Positions 12,149-19,840 of a stretch of 64,000 bases of DNA are shown piece after piece. The DNA is from Syntrophorhabdaceae bacterium (GTDB lineage: Bacteria > Desulfobacterota > Syntrophorhabdia > Syntrophorhabdales > Syntrophorhabdaceae), in NCBI GenBank assembly GCA_963666485.2, contig CAXXUO010000001.1, positions 32,001-96,000 on the forward strand, given 5' to 3'. Both the position numbers and the translations under genes were made by a program. The first letter of the stretch is position 1. Each line of letters opens with the position of its first letter. The notes under the pieces were generated by a model. It worked only from the letters and a program-made list of their open reading frames with translations, made no database searches and was not told the DNA's origin.

Positions 12149-12662
12149 AATAGTCGCCGTTAAAAAATCTATTGCTTACGCCAAAATCGCCCGGGTAGTT
12201 ATTCGGGATAACTTTTGTCCTCAACACATAAACAGGAATCGAAGGATCGGACATGCTGTTCATAGTGAGTTCAATTGTAATGGTTCCATCAACCGTCGCG
12301 CTTCTTGATGTATTAAATGCCTGTATATTTGTTCCAATAACCGTACCGTTCCTTTTCAAAATCCTGCCGTCCTGTTCAAAGACCACTGTGCTGGACGGAT
12401 GTGCCCTGGTCAGCGTTAACGTACTTGACGAAGCTCCCGCTCCCGGGCTTGTGACCCCCGTTGCATCGCTCAATTCACGGGTGATCCGCTCCATGATATA
12501 GGTCCCGTCAGCGTAAAGAGGGCTTTGCTGCTTAACAAGTCCAAAAGTTTTAATGGCATTGTCTATAAAAGAAAAAGTAAACAGGCCGAGAATGGACAGC
12601 ACGAGTATTACGGTAACAAGTTCTATAATAGTGAAAGCCCTGTCATCGTCCCGGATCATCAT
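12132..12662 (-). CDS. Minor pilin (MshO/PilW-like)
   Basis: RA|FTIIELV N-methylation motif; MERITREL. Confidence 0.85.
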   Translation of the reverse strand: MMIRDDDRAFTIIELVTVILVLSILGLFTFSFIDNAIKTFGLVKQQSPLYADGTYIMERITRELSDATGVTSPGAGASSSTLTLTRAHPSSTVVFEQDGRILKRNGTVIGTNIQAFNTSRSATVDGTITIELTMNSMSDPSIPVYVLRTKVIPNNYPGDFGVSNRFFNGDYYEAIQ

Positions 12663-13084
12663 GGCTGGGCCGGCCTTCTTGTTACGATGGTTGAAATCGT
12701 ATAATCACTCAAGAGACGAGAATACCTGACAGTCACCGTGATCTTTTTATAATAGTTGCTCGTCGGGGATTTCGTGCTCAGATCGAAGGGGTTGATCGAT
12801 TCAATAATGCACCCGGTCGTATACCCGTCGTCGGGGGATGATTCAGCCGTAAAGACAGCGGGAGTGGAACATGACAAGCCTGCCGCGGTAATATTATCGT
12901 ATGAATTGCCCGTAATCTCCGCCATTCTCTTATCGGCATAGAACTTGGCTTTGACGTAATAATCCGGTCTTGAATAATTGCTCATGACGCTTGTAAAAGC
13001 GATCATGGAGGCGGGCAGAAAAATTGCACCGATTATGATGAACATAATAAGTTCGATCAGAGTAAACCCTTTCTTATTCATCAC
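12659..13084 (-). CDS. Minor pilin (MshD/PilV-like)
   Basis: KKG|FTLIEL; C-terminal KKITVTV. Confidence 0.87.
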   Translation of the reverse strand: MMNKKGFTLIELIMFIIIGAIFLPASMIAFTSVMSNYSRPDYYVKAKFYADKRMAEITGNSYDNITAAGLSCSTPAVFTAESSPDDGYTTGCIIESINPFDLSTKSPTSNYYKKITVTVRYSRLLSDYTISTIVTRRPAQP

Positions 13085-13479
13085 TGGATTTCCGCTCTCC
13101 CTGTCGAAGCATAAATTCTAACCGTTTGACCTCCTGACAGGTTTATTGTCCCGGCCACATCCGGTTCCCCCATCGAATTGTATGTCACCGGGCCGCTAAA
13201 ACTTGTTCCTGTTATTGTTACTGTGCCCGGCAATCTCTTTTGCACCCCTGCCACCCTGTATAACCCATAATCACCTGCATTGATCCTGAATGCTATGTTC
13301 TGGGACTGTCGTAGCCCCATGGCTCTCATTTGGACATACTGGATATCCGCTACAAGTTGACCGGCAGCTATAGAACTATAATCGCTTATCGAGAAAGGGT
13401 TTTTCAGCATGATGGCCCCAACAAGCAAGCCCAATACGACAATAACAACTACAAGTTCTATTGATGTAAAGCCTTTCAT
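13081..13479 (-). CDS. Minor pilin (MshC/FimT/GspH-like); start set at ATG 13479
   Basis: MKG|FTSIELVVVIVVLG, ADIQYVQMRAM, TYNSMGEP; the longer 13578 start reads through a palindromic repeat. Confidence 0.82.
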   Translation of the reverse strand: MKGFTSIELVVVIVVLGLLVGAIMLKNPFSISDYSSIAAGQLVADIQYVQMRAMGLRQSQNIAFRINAGDYGLYRVAGVQKRLPGTVTITGTSFSGPVTYNSMGEPDVAGTINLSGGQTVRIYASTGRAEIQ

Positions 13480-13529
13480 CGTACGATAGTTTTTCACAGA
13501 CTGTCGCATAAATGCATGAAACCAAAACC

Positions 13530-13557
13530 CTGGATTCCGGCCTTCGCCGGAATGACG
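13530..13557. repeat. Solo CGTC-type palindromic (REP-like) repeat
   Basis: ctggattccggccttcgccggaatgacg, identical to copies at 45418, 45518 and 45618. Confidence 0.9.
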
Positions 13558-13601
13558 AGAATGAACACTAGTTCTCATTTATTATATTTTTGCCTCACCT
13601 G

Positions 13602-14282
13602 TCACTTGAACACATTAAACCTGATTATCGTAAACAACGCCTTTATCCCGTCCCGCCACGTTATTTTTTTGCCTTCTTCGTACGTCCTGCCGTAATACGA
13701 GATGGGGACCTCGAATATCCGCCACCCGCCTTTCGCCACCTTTGCCGTTATCTCCGGCTCGACGCCGAAGCGCTTCGACTCGATCGTTATCCCCTTCAAC
13801 GCCTCGCGCCTGAAAACTTTATAGCAGGTCTCCATGTCGGTAAGGTTGAGATTCGTGAACATGTTCGACAGGAGCGTTATCGCGCTGTTGCCGAGGTAGT
13901 GCCAGAAGTAGAGAACCCGGTGGGGCCCGCCAAGAAAGCGCGACCCATAGACAACATCCGCCTTGCCTTCAAGGATCGGCTGAAGGAGGACCGGGTATTC
14001 CCGCGGGTCGTACTCCAGGTCAGCGTCCTGGATGAGGACGATATCGCCGGTTGCCGCAGCCATGCCTGCCTTAAGCGCCGCCCCCTTCCCCTGGTTCTTC
14101 TCCTGGAAAAGCGTCTTTATTCCCGCGCCGTCGAGCTTCTTCAAGTATTCCCGTGTCCCGTCGGTCGAGCAGTCATCGACAATGATGATCTCCTTTTCAT
14201 AGGGCGTCTCCCTGACCTTCCGGAGGATCTCATCGATGAACTCGATCTCGTTATATGCGGGTATAATAACGGATAAAAGCAT
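13602..14282 (-). CDS. Glycosyltransferase family 2 (DPM1/GtrB-like)
   Basis: [48 protein letters not shown]. Confidence 0.93.
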   Translation of the reverse strand: MLLSVIIPAYNEIEFIDEILRKVRETPYEKEIIIVDDCSTDGTREYLKKLDGAGIKTLFQEKNQGKGAALKAGMAAATGDIVLIQDADLEYDPREYPVLLQPILEGKADVVYGSRFLGGPHRVLYFWHYLGNSAITLLSNMFTNLNLTDMETCYKVFRREALKGITIESKRFGVEPEITAKVAKGGWRIFEVPISYYGRTYEEGKKITWRDGIKALFTIIRFNVFK

Positions 14283-14351
14283 AGTCTCCCCTGCCGCCTA
14301 ACTAACCGTAATGTTATATGGATGGGGGTAAAAAGGCAAGAATGAAAAAAC

Positions 14352-14460
14352 GGGCGGTGGGCGATGGGCGATGGGCGATGGGGAAAATACCGCATTTACC
14401 TATTGCCTATGTCCGTTCATTTCCGTTACCTATCGCCTATTGCCCATTGCCTATTGCCTA
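14352..14460. repeat. Inverted heptamer tandem repeats (gggcgat)n...(attgcc[c/t])n
   Basis: Seen directly between divergent GT2 and ExeA genes. Confidence 0.8.
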
Positions 14461-14489
14461 TTATTTCCATTTATGCCATAGTCTAAAAA

Positions 14490-15842
14490 ATGGAAATCCC
14501 GTATCTTGAATTTTTCGGCTTGACGGAGAAACCATTCGGGATGTCGCCGGACCCGGCGTTCTATTTCGATTCCGCAGAGCATCGCCAGGCCATCGAATAC
14601 CTGAACTTCTTCATTGCGCAGCAGGAAGGGTTCGCACTTATCTACGGTGACGTCGGGTCGGGCAAGACGATGATGTCGAGGATATTCCTCAATACCCTCG
14701 ATCGCGCGAAATACAACACCGCACTTATCCTGAACCCGGTGTCCGATGATACCGAGTTCATGAAAGAGGTTCTCCATGAATACGGCGTGGCGGATATCCC
14801 GGAGACAAAGAAAGAACTGTACGACCGCGTGAGGTTTTACCTCCTGCAGGAGTTCCAAAAGGGGAAAGTCAATATCCTCATTATCGACGAGGCCCAGCTT
14901 CTGTCGTATGAACTTCTGGAATTCGTCAGACTTCTTTCGAACATCGAGACGGACAAACAGAAGATACTTCACACGGTGTTTTTTGCCCAGCCGGAGTTCC
15001 TTGATAAATTGAAAGACCCTGCGATGCGCCACCTGGCGCAGAGGATCACGGTCACATACTGTATCACGCCCCTGACATACCCGGAGGTCAAGGCGTATAT
15101 AAACTACCGCCTGTTCAAGGCCGGGGCGAAGGGACCGCTCGAATTCCAGGACAGGGCGATGAAGCTGATACACACGGCATCACGCGGGTACCCCCGCCTC
15201 ATCAATTACATCTGTGACCGTTGTCTCCTCGTCCTGTATGCCAATTCTCAGTATACCGTCGACGGCCATGTCGTATCGAAGGTCATTATCGAGGAAAGCA
15301 TACCGCTCGGAACAGCAAAGCATACGGAAGACTCGAAAAGGATAGCGGTGAGGCGCCCCATCCTGATCGGGGCGGTCGCATGCGTGGTCGTTATCCTCGC
15401 GCTCGGCGCATATTATTTTCTATCGAATGGATTCTTTACACCCTCCACGCCAAAACCCGTGACAGCGGTGACAGCACCGGCGGCAAAACCGGAAGCGGCA
15501 CCCGCTGCGGTTCAGCAAGCGGCACCTGCCGCAGGATCAACGACATCTGCGCAACCAGCCGCGCAGCCGACGGCCGCACCTAAAGTCGCCGCACCAAAAC
15601 CCGCCGCACCTGAACCGAAGAAAGAAACACCCCTCAAAAAAGTCGTCGTGAACACGGACATTGCCAACGTCCGGGCCCGCCCGGACATCGAGTCCGACCG
15701 TGTCGGTATCATTCCAAGGAACGAAACGCTGTCAGTCCTCGACGAAAAAAACGGCGCCGATGGGAAGAAATGGTACAAGGTCAAACTCTATGAAAGCAGG
15801 GAGGGGTGGATAGCGGCGGTGGTAGTGAAACCAAAACAGTAA
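14490..15842 (+). CDS. ExeA/MshM-family AAA ATPase with TM and C-terminal SH3b domain
   Basis: YLEFFGLTEKPF, GDVGSGKT, IIDEAQ, GYPRLIN; NVRARP...WYKV...GWI. Confidence 0.88.
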   Translation: MEIPYLEFFGLTEKPFGMSPDPAFYFDSAEHRQAIEYLNFFIAQQEGFALIYGDVGSGKTMMSRIFLNTLDRAKYNTALILNPVSDDTEFMKEVLHEYGVADIPETKKELYDRVRFYLLQEFQKGKVNILIIDEAQLLSYELLEFVRLLSNIETDKQKILHTVFFAQPEFLDKLKDPAMRHLAQRITVTYCITPLTYPEVKAYINYRLFKAGAKGPLEFQDRAMKLIHTASRGYPRLINYICDRCLLVLYANSQYTVDGHVVSKVIIEESIPLGTAKHTEDSKRIAVRRPILIGAVACVVVILALGAYYFLSNGFFTPSTPKPVTAVTAPAAKPEAAPAAVQQAAPAAGSTTSAQPAAQPTAAPKVAAPKPAAPEPKKETPLKKVVVNTDIANVRARPDIESDRVGIIPRNETLSVLDEKNGADGKKWYKVKLYESREGWIAAVVVKPKQ

Positions 15843-15861
15843 GTGACAAGTTTTTTTCCGT

Positions 15862-16194
15862 TTATGTATCTGAAGATGGATCCGTCAGTTTAAGTCGAAT
15901 TAATTTCCGGGCGAGCTTGTAAATATCATTTTTATCTCCGTCCTTTCTCAAACCGATAGCAACGATCACAACAACAACCTTTTTATCCTCAATTTTGAAA
16001 ATAACCCGAAAACGCTGATTCGCTGCGCGCACGCTGTGGTATCCGCCCAAACCGCCGAGCAGTGGCTTGCCCTGTTTTTCGGGGTTATCCTGGAGTCGGT
16101 CAATTCTCTCTACAATTTGTCGGGTTATGCGCCGATCCTTTATTCCTTTCAGCATCTTAAGGGCCGTAGGAGTGATCTCGATCTTGTACTTCAA
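15862..16194 (-). CDS. relE: RelE/ParE-family toxin
   Basis: YKIEITPTALK, NPEKQGKPL, RFRVIFKI, VVIVAIGLR; overlaps antitoxin stop. Confidence 0.88.
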   Translation of the reverse strand: MKYKIEITPTALKMLKGIKDRRITRQIVERIDRLQDNPEKQGKPLLGGLGGYHSVRAANQRFRVIFKIEDKKVVVVIVAIGLRKDGDKNDIYKLARKLIRLKLTDPSSDT

Positions 16195-16469
16195 TCTTCA
16201 AGCCCTTTTTTAGCGATCTCCCAGGGGATAGTTTTTCCTTCCTTGATATCCTTTATGCTTTGCTGTAAAGATCTCATCAGAACTTCGTCGCCCATGACTT
16301 CCAATGTCTCTGAGATAGCCTCGAAAAAATCCCATGACATTATGGCGAGCACAGGCTTTCCCCGACGGGTAACCGCTATCGCATTATCCCCCACGCGGCC
16401 TTCCAGTTCTTCAGGAAGTGTTGTCAATTTTCTCCTCGCCTCCATTATAGGTAACGTCTGCATGCTCAC
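16191..16469 (-). CDS. Phd/YefM-family antitoxin
   Basis: IMEARRKL, VTRRGKPVLAIMS, ETLEVM. Confidence 0.88.
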   Translation of the reverse strand: MSMQTLPIMEARRKLTTLPEELEGRVGDNAIAVTRRGKPVLAIMSWDFFEAISETLEVMGDEVLMRSLQQSIKDIKEGKTIPWEIAKKGLED

Positions 16470-16472
16470 CTC

Positions 16473-16522
16473 TAAAAGTACTTTATAACGTACATATTAG
16501 AGTACTTTTAAACCTTTGTCAA
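16473..16522 (-). promoter_or_regulatory. TA operon promoter with overlapping operator
   Basis: TTGACA-N17-TAATAT (minus); GTAC cores at 16478, 16490 and 16502; inverted repeat taaaagtact/agtactttta. Confidence 0.72.
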
Positions 16523-16580
16523 CACTAACGTTGCGATGACGACCCTTCGCCTGAAACTTGAAACCGCAGTTTTATGCCGT

Positions 16581-17777
16581 TCACGTTATCGAGAGAAAGA
16601 AAGACCTCAGATTTTCCTTTTTGTTGTTAATCCCTAGTTTTTTCCGTATGTTGTACCTATGATTATCTATGGCAACCTTCGATGTATGGAGCAGACTGGC
16701 AATGTCCTTCGTTGTGCGGCCGTCTTTGATCAGGTTCGCCACCTGAATTTCCATGGGGGTCAGGTTGAATTGTCTCATGTCATGGATTAACGGCGACGCG
16801 AGCTTATTAAGATTTGATTCTATCAGGTCCACGTATGCTATCTGCACATCATTGAGCCGCATCTTTTTTAAATTCTCTACGTGAGGCAGGACGAAAGTCC
16901 TTATGTTGGAGAACATGGTCTCCTCGAGGTTCTTACTCGATTCCTTCATCTTGTCTATGAGGATATTCAGGGTCGTATTGATCTCTTCAAGCCTTACGGT
17001 CTTCGCTTCCAGCTTGCCCTGCGTCGTTTTCAATTCTGTAATGTCCCGCGCCACGCATAATGCGAGGTCCTGCGTTATGGGTGATATCGCCGCCGTAAAC
17101 CAGTTCTCTCCGTCGTCATTCACAACGCTGTATTCAAAATTGATGGTCTTGTGCGACTTCAGGGACTTCTGGACATTCTTGACAAAAAGTGCGGCGATGG
17201 CCGGGTCGTAGGCTTCATTCAGGGTTTCGCCCTCGAAGTTGTCACCTTCGATATAAACCCGGCCTGGCTTTTGCGCATCTATTCTCGAGAACTTCCCGGT
17301 CTTGTGAATGACCAATATTATATCGTTCATTGCCTGGACGAGCGCCCTGAGTTGCGTTTCCGCGCTTTCCCTCAGGAGCCTTTCCTGTTCCCTGATCGTG
17401 AGCTGCGCTTTGATCCTCGCCTCAACCTCGAGCGATTCGAAGGGCTTCGTGATATAGTCAACGCCTCCGACACCGAAGGCCTTGATCTTTTCCGAGGTCT
17501 CTGTAAAAGCCGTAAGGAATATGACGGGGATGTCCCTTAAAGCCGGGTCGGCCTTGATCTGCCTGCATACCTCGTAGCCGTCCATTTCCGGCATGTTGAT
17601 GTCGAGCAGAACGAGATCGGGGGGATCAGCCCTCGCCACCCCCAAGGCGATCTCCCCTGAGGGAACAGGACGGACAACATACCCTTTGGCGTTGAGCATG
17701 CCAGTAAGGAGCTCAAGGTTTTCCTGTGTATCATCCACGACAAGAATGCTCTGTTCATGGTTCTTATTTTCGGTCAT
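16581..17777 (-). CDS. Response regulator Rec-PAS-LuxR HTH
   Basis: LVVDD, LLDINMPEMDG, YITKP; PAS ending ARDITE; LTPMEIQVA..GRTTKDIA..HRYNIRKKLG. Confidence 0.9.
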   Translation of the reverse strand: MTENKNHEQSILVVDDTQENLELLTGMLNAKGYVVRPVPSGEIALGVARADPPDLVLLDINMPEMDGYEVCRQIKADPALRDIPVIFLTAFTETSEKIKAFGVGGVDYITKPFESLEVEARIKAQLTIREQERLLRESAETQLRALVQAMNDIILVIHKTGKFSRIDAQKPGRVYIEGDNFEGETLNEAYDPAIAALFVKNVQKSLKSHKTINFEYSVVNDDGENWFTAAISPITQDLALCVARDITELKTTQGKLEAKTVRLEEINTTLNILIDKMKESSKNLEETMFSNIRTFVLPHVENLKKMRLNDVQIAYVDLIESNLNKLASPLIHDMRQFNLTPMEIQVANLIKDGRTTKDIASLLHTSKVAIDNHRYNIRKKLGINNKKENLRSFFLSIT

Positions 17778-19633
17778 AGCTTGACCCCCAGTATTTCAAA
17801 GATAGATTTGTAATCGTATCTCTTTATAAGCTCCCGGAGCCGCTGAGCAAGGCCCGCGTTATATGCCCCGGCTTCATCCGTGATCTGAAGAAGTATATCA
17901 AGCCTCGCACTTCTTGCCGCTTCCTGCATTCTCTCAACAATTTCGTGAGGCATTTCGGATACGATCATGGCTTCGGAAAGTACCTGCTCAGGCGTGTGGT
18001 CTGCATCGTTTCGCCAGGAGACCGTATTTATACTGACAAATTCCTCTATTTTCTTGCGTATTGTATCTTCGTCATACGGTTTTAAAATAAATCCGTCCAT
18101 TCCGGATTCTCGTATTTTTTCCCTGTCGCTGTCCGTTATATCACCGGTCGCGGCAAATATTACGGTGTCTTTGCCTGACTGTCCTGAGCGGATCATCCTG
18201 GCCGCTTCATACCCGTCCATCCCGGGCATGCGCAAGTCCATCATAATGATATGCGGCTTCCACTGATCGTACTGGCGCACAGCCTCCTCGCCGTTTTCAA
18301 CACAGCGGACATCAAAACCCAGGTGTTCCAGTATCTCTGTGAATACGACACAGTTCTCGTCTGCATCATCCGCCACAAGCACGCGAATCGCTTCTTCGCT
18401 GCCGCTGACGATGAGAGGCCGGTGTGATATCCTCGTTTCTACGGGCTGCGTCGGACCTTCCCTGACAGGGAGTTCAAAATGGATGCGGTCCCTGCCCTCA
18501 GTGTCACTCGTCATCTTGAACGTCCCGCCCATGCAGTGCAAGAATTCCCGGCCTAAAGCAAGGCCATATTGCATTCTTGACGTCCCTGTCCTCTCGACAA
18601 CCTTCCCCGGGGCCTGGCGTGAACTTGCCGTTTTTTTGGGCCGATCTTCCCGATCATGGCTGATCTCCCCGGTAAGCTTCAAACCTTCTTTGTCACGAAC
18701 AGTATGCATCCGCAGGTATATCGCCTCGCCCTTTCCTGTTTTAACGAAATGCTCTACCAGATTTACAATCGCGCGCATCATCCTTTCGCGGTCGGCAATA
18801 ATGACCTCGATCGCATTGCACGTTGCATCCGTTTTTATATCGGCTTGCCGTCCGCCCGTACTTTGTCCTGTCGCTCTTTCAATGTCCCGCATAAAGGTTT
18901 CGAGGGCAAAAGACGTCATATTCAGTGCGCTGCGGCCCGTTTCGATCCTGCATATGTCAACCAGGTCATCTATCAGCAGCGAGAGGTGCTTTCCGTTTCG
19001 ATGAATGGTATCCACCTTCTCGCGGTGAACTGCAGCCAATGACCCGTCTTCCCGCAAAAGTTCGCTGAAACCAATAATCGCATTGAGCGGCGTTCGGATA
19101 TCGTGCGACATATCGGACAGGAGCGCTCCTGCCCGATGAACCTGGTCGCCGGTACGGATCTCGTCAAGAAGCTTCTTGAGATAACGGTTCTCGAGATATA
19201 CCCCAACGCGTGCTGCAAGTTCTTCGCTCTGTATGGGACTTATTATACAATCTTCGGCCCCTGCCTTGAGGATCGCACCGGCTTCCCGCGGCCCTGTCAC
19301 CACAAGAAGCGGAATGTCTTTTGTCTCTTTCCCTTCTTTCAGTTTGCGGCATATTGCGAACCGGTCCTCCGGCGAAAGATTCTTATCGACAATATTGAGA
19401 AGTATGAGATCCGGCTTTATATACGGCACCGATGCAAGGCATTGCTGCCAGTTTTCCGAGATGAGAACGCTGACATTGTTATTTTCCAGGGTGTTTTTTA
19501 TGACGGCCTTGCCGCTCATGTCATCGCTGATAAGGAGAACGGTCATTTGCCCGCCTGCTGCGCCTGCCATGCTTTCGCCACCTCCGGCATAAGGCCGATA
19601 CATAAAAAAATAAAAAAGCGTTTCAGATTTCAC
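17774..19633 (-). CDS. Hybrid kinase-like protein Rec(degenerate)-HisKA-HATPase(degenerate)-Rec
   Basis: SHDIRTPLNAIIGF H-box; intact C-terminal Rec (VADD, MDLRMPGMDG, LKP); first Rec has DLILLN. Confidence 0.8.
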   Translation of the reverse strand: MKSETLFYFFMYRPYAGGGESMAGAAGGQMTVLLISDDMSGKAVIKNTLENNNVSVLISENWQQCLASVPYIKPDLILLNIVDKNLSPEDRFAICRKLKEGKETKDIPLLVVTGPREAGAILKAGAEDCIISPIQSEELAARVGVYLENRYLKKLLDEIRTGDQVHRAGALLSDMSHDIRTPLNAIIGFSELLREDGSLAAVHREKVDTIHRNGKHLSLLIDDLVDICRIETGRSALNMTSFALETFMRDIERATGQSTGGRQADIKTDATCNAIEVIIADRERMMRAIVNLVEHFVKTGKGEAIYLRMHTVRDKEGLKLTGEISHDREDRPKKTASSRQAPGKVVERTGTSRMQYGLALGREFLHCMGGTFKMTSDTEGRDRIHFELPVREGPTQPVETRISHRPLIVSGSEEAIRVLVADDADENCVVFTEILEHLGFDVRCVENGEEAVRQYDQWKPHIIMMDLRMPGMDGYEAARMIRSGQSGKDTVIFAATGDITDSDREKIRESGMDGFILKPYDEDTIRKKIEEFVSINTVSWRNDADHTPEQVLSEAMIVSEMPHEIVERMQEAARSARLDILLQITDEAGAYNAGLAQRLRELIKRYDYKSIFEILGVKL

Positions 19634-19840
19634 CCAAAAACAGGGTCAATAATCAGATATAGCCTGCCTGAAATACGTGCATTGCATATACTTTTTTAGC
19701 AATCCTCAAGGCGGCGGTAAATATACTGTAAATACATGTATAGTACTTGTGGAAAACATGTACAAGAAAAAAGTGAGACGTGACAGATCCCCCTTCCGAA
19801 ACAAACGGAGGATCAATACGTTACAAGTGATCTGCGCTTT

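Noticed and set aside
13480..13578. N-terminal extension of the MshC-like pilin
   Set aside because: It is the reading of a palindromic repeat; MKG|FTSIE at 13479 is a normal prepilin start.
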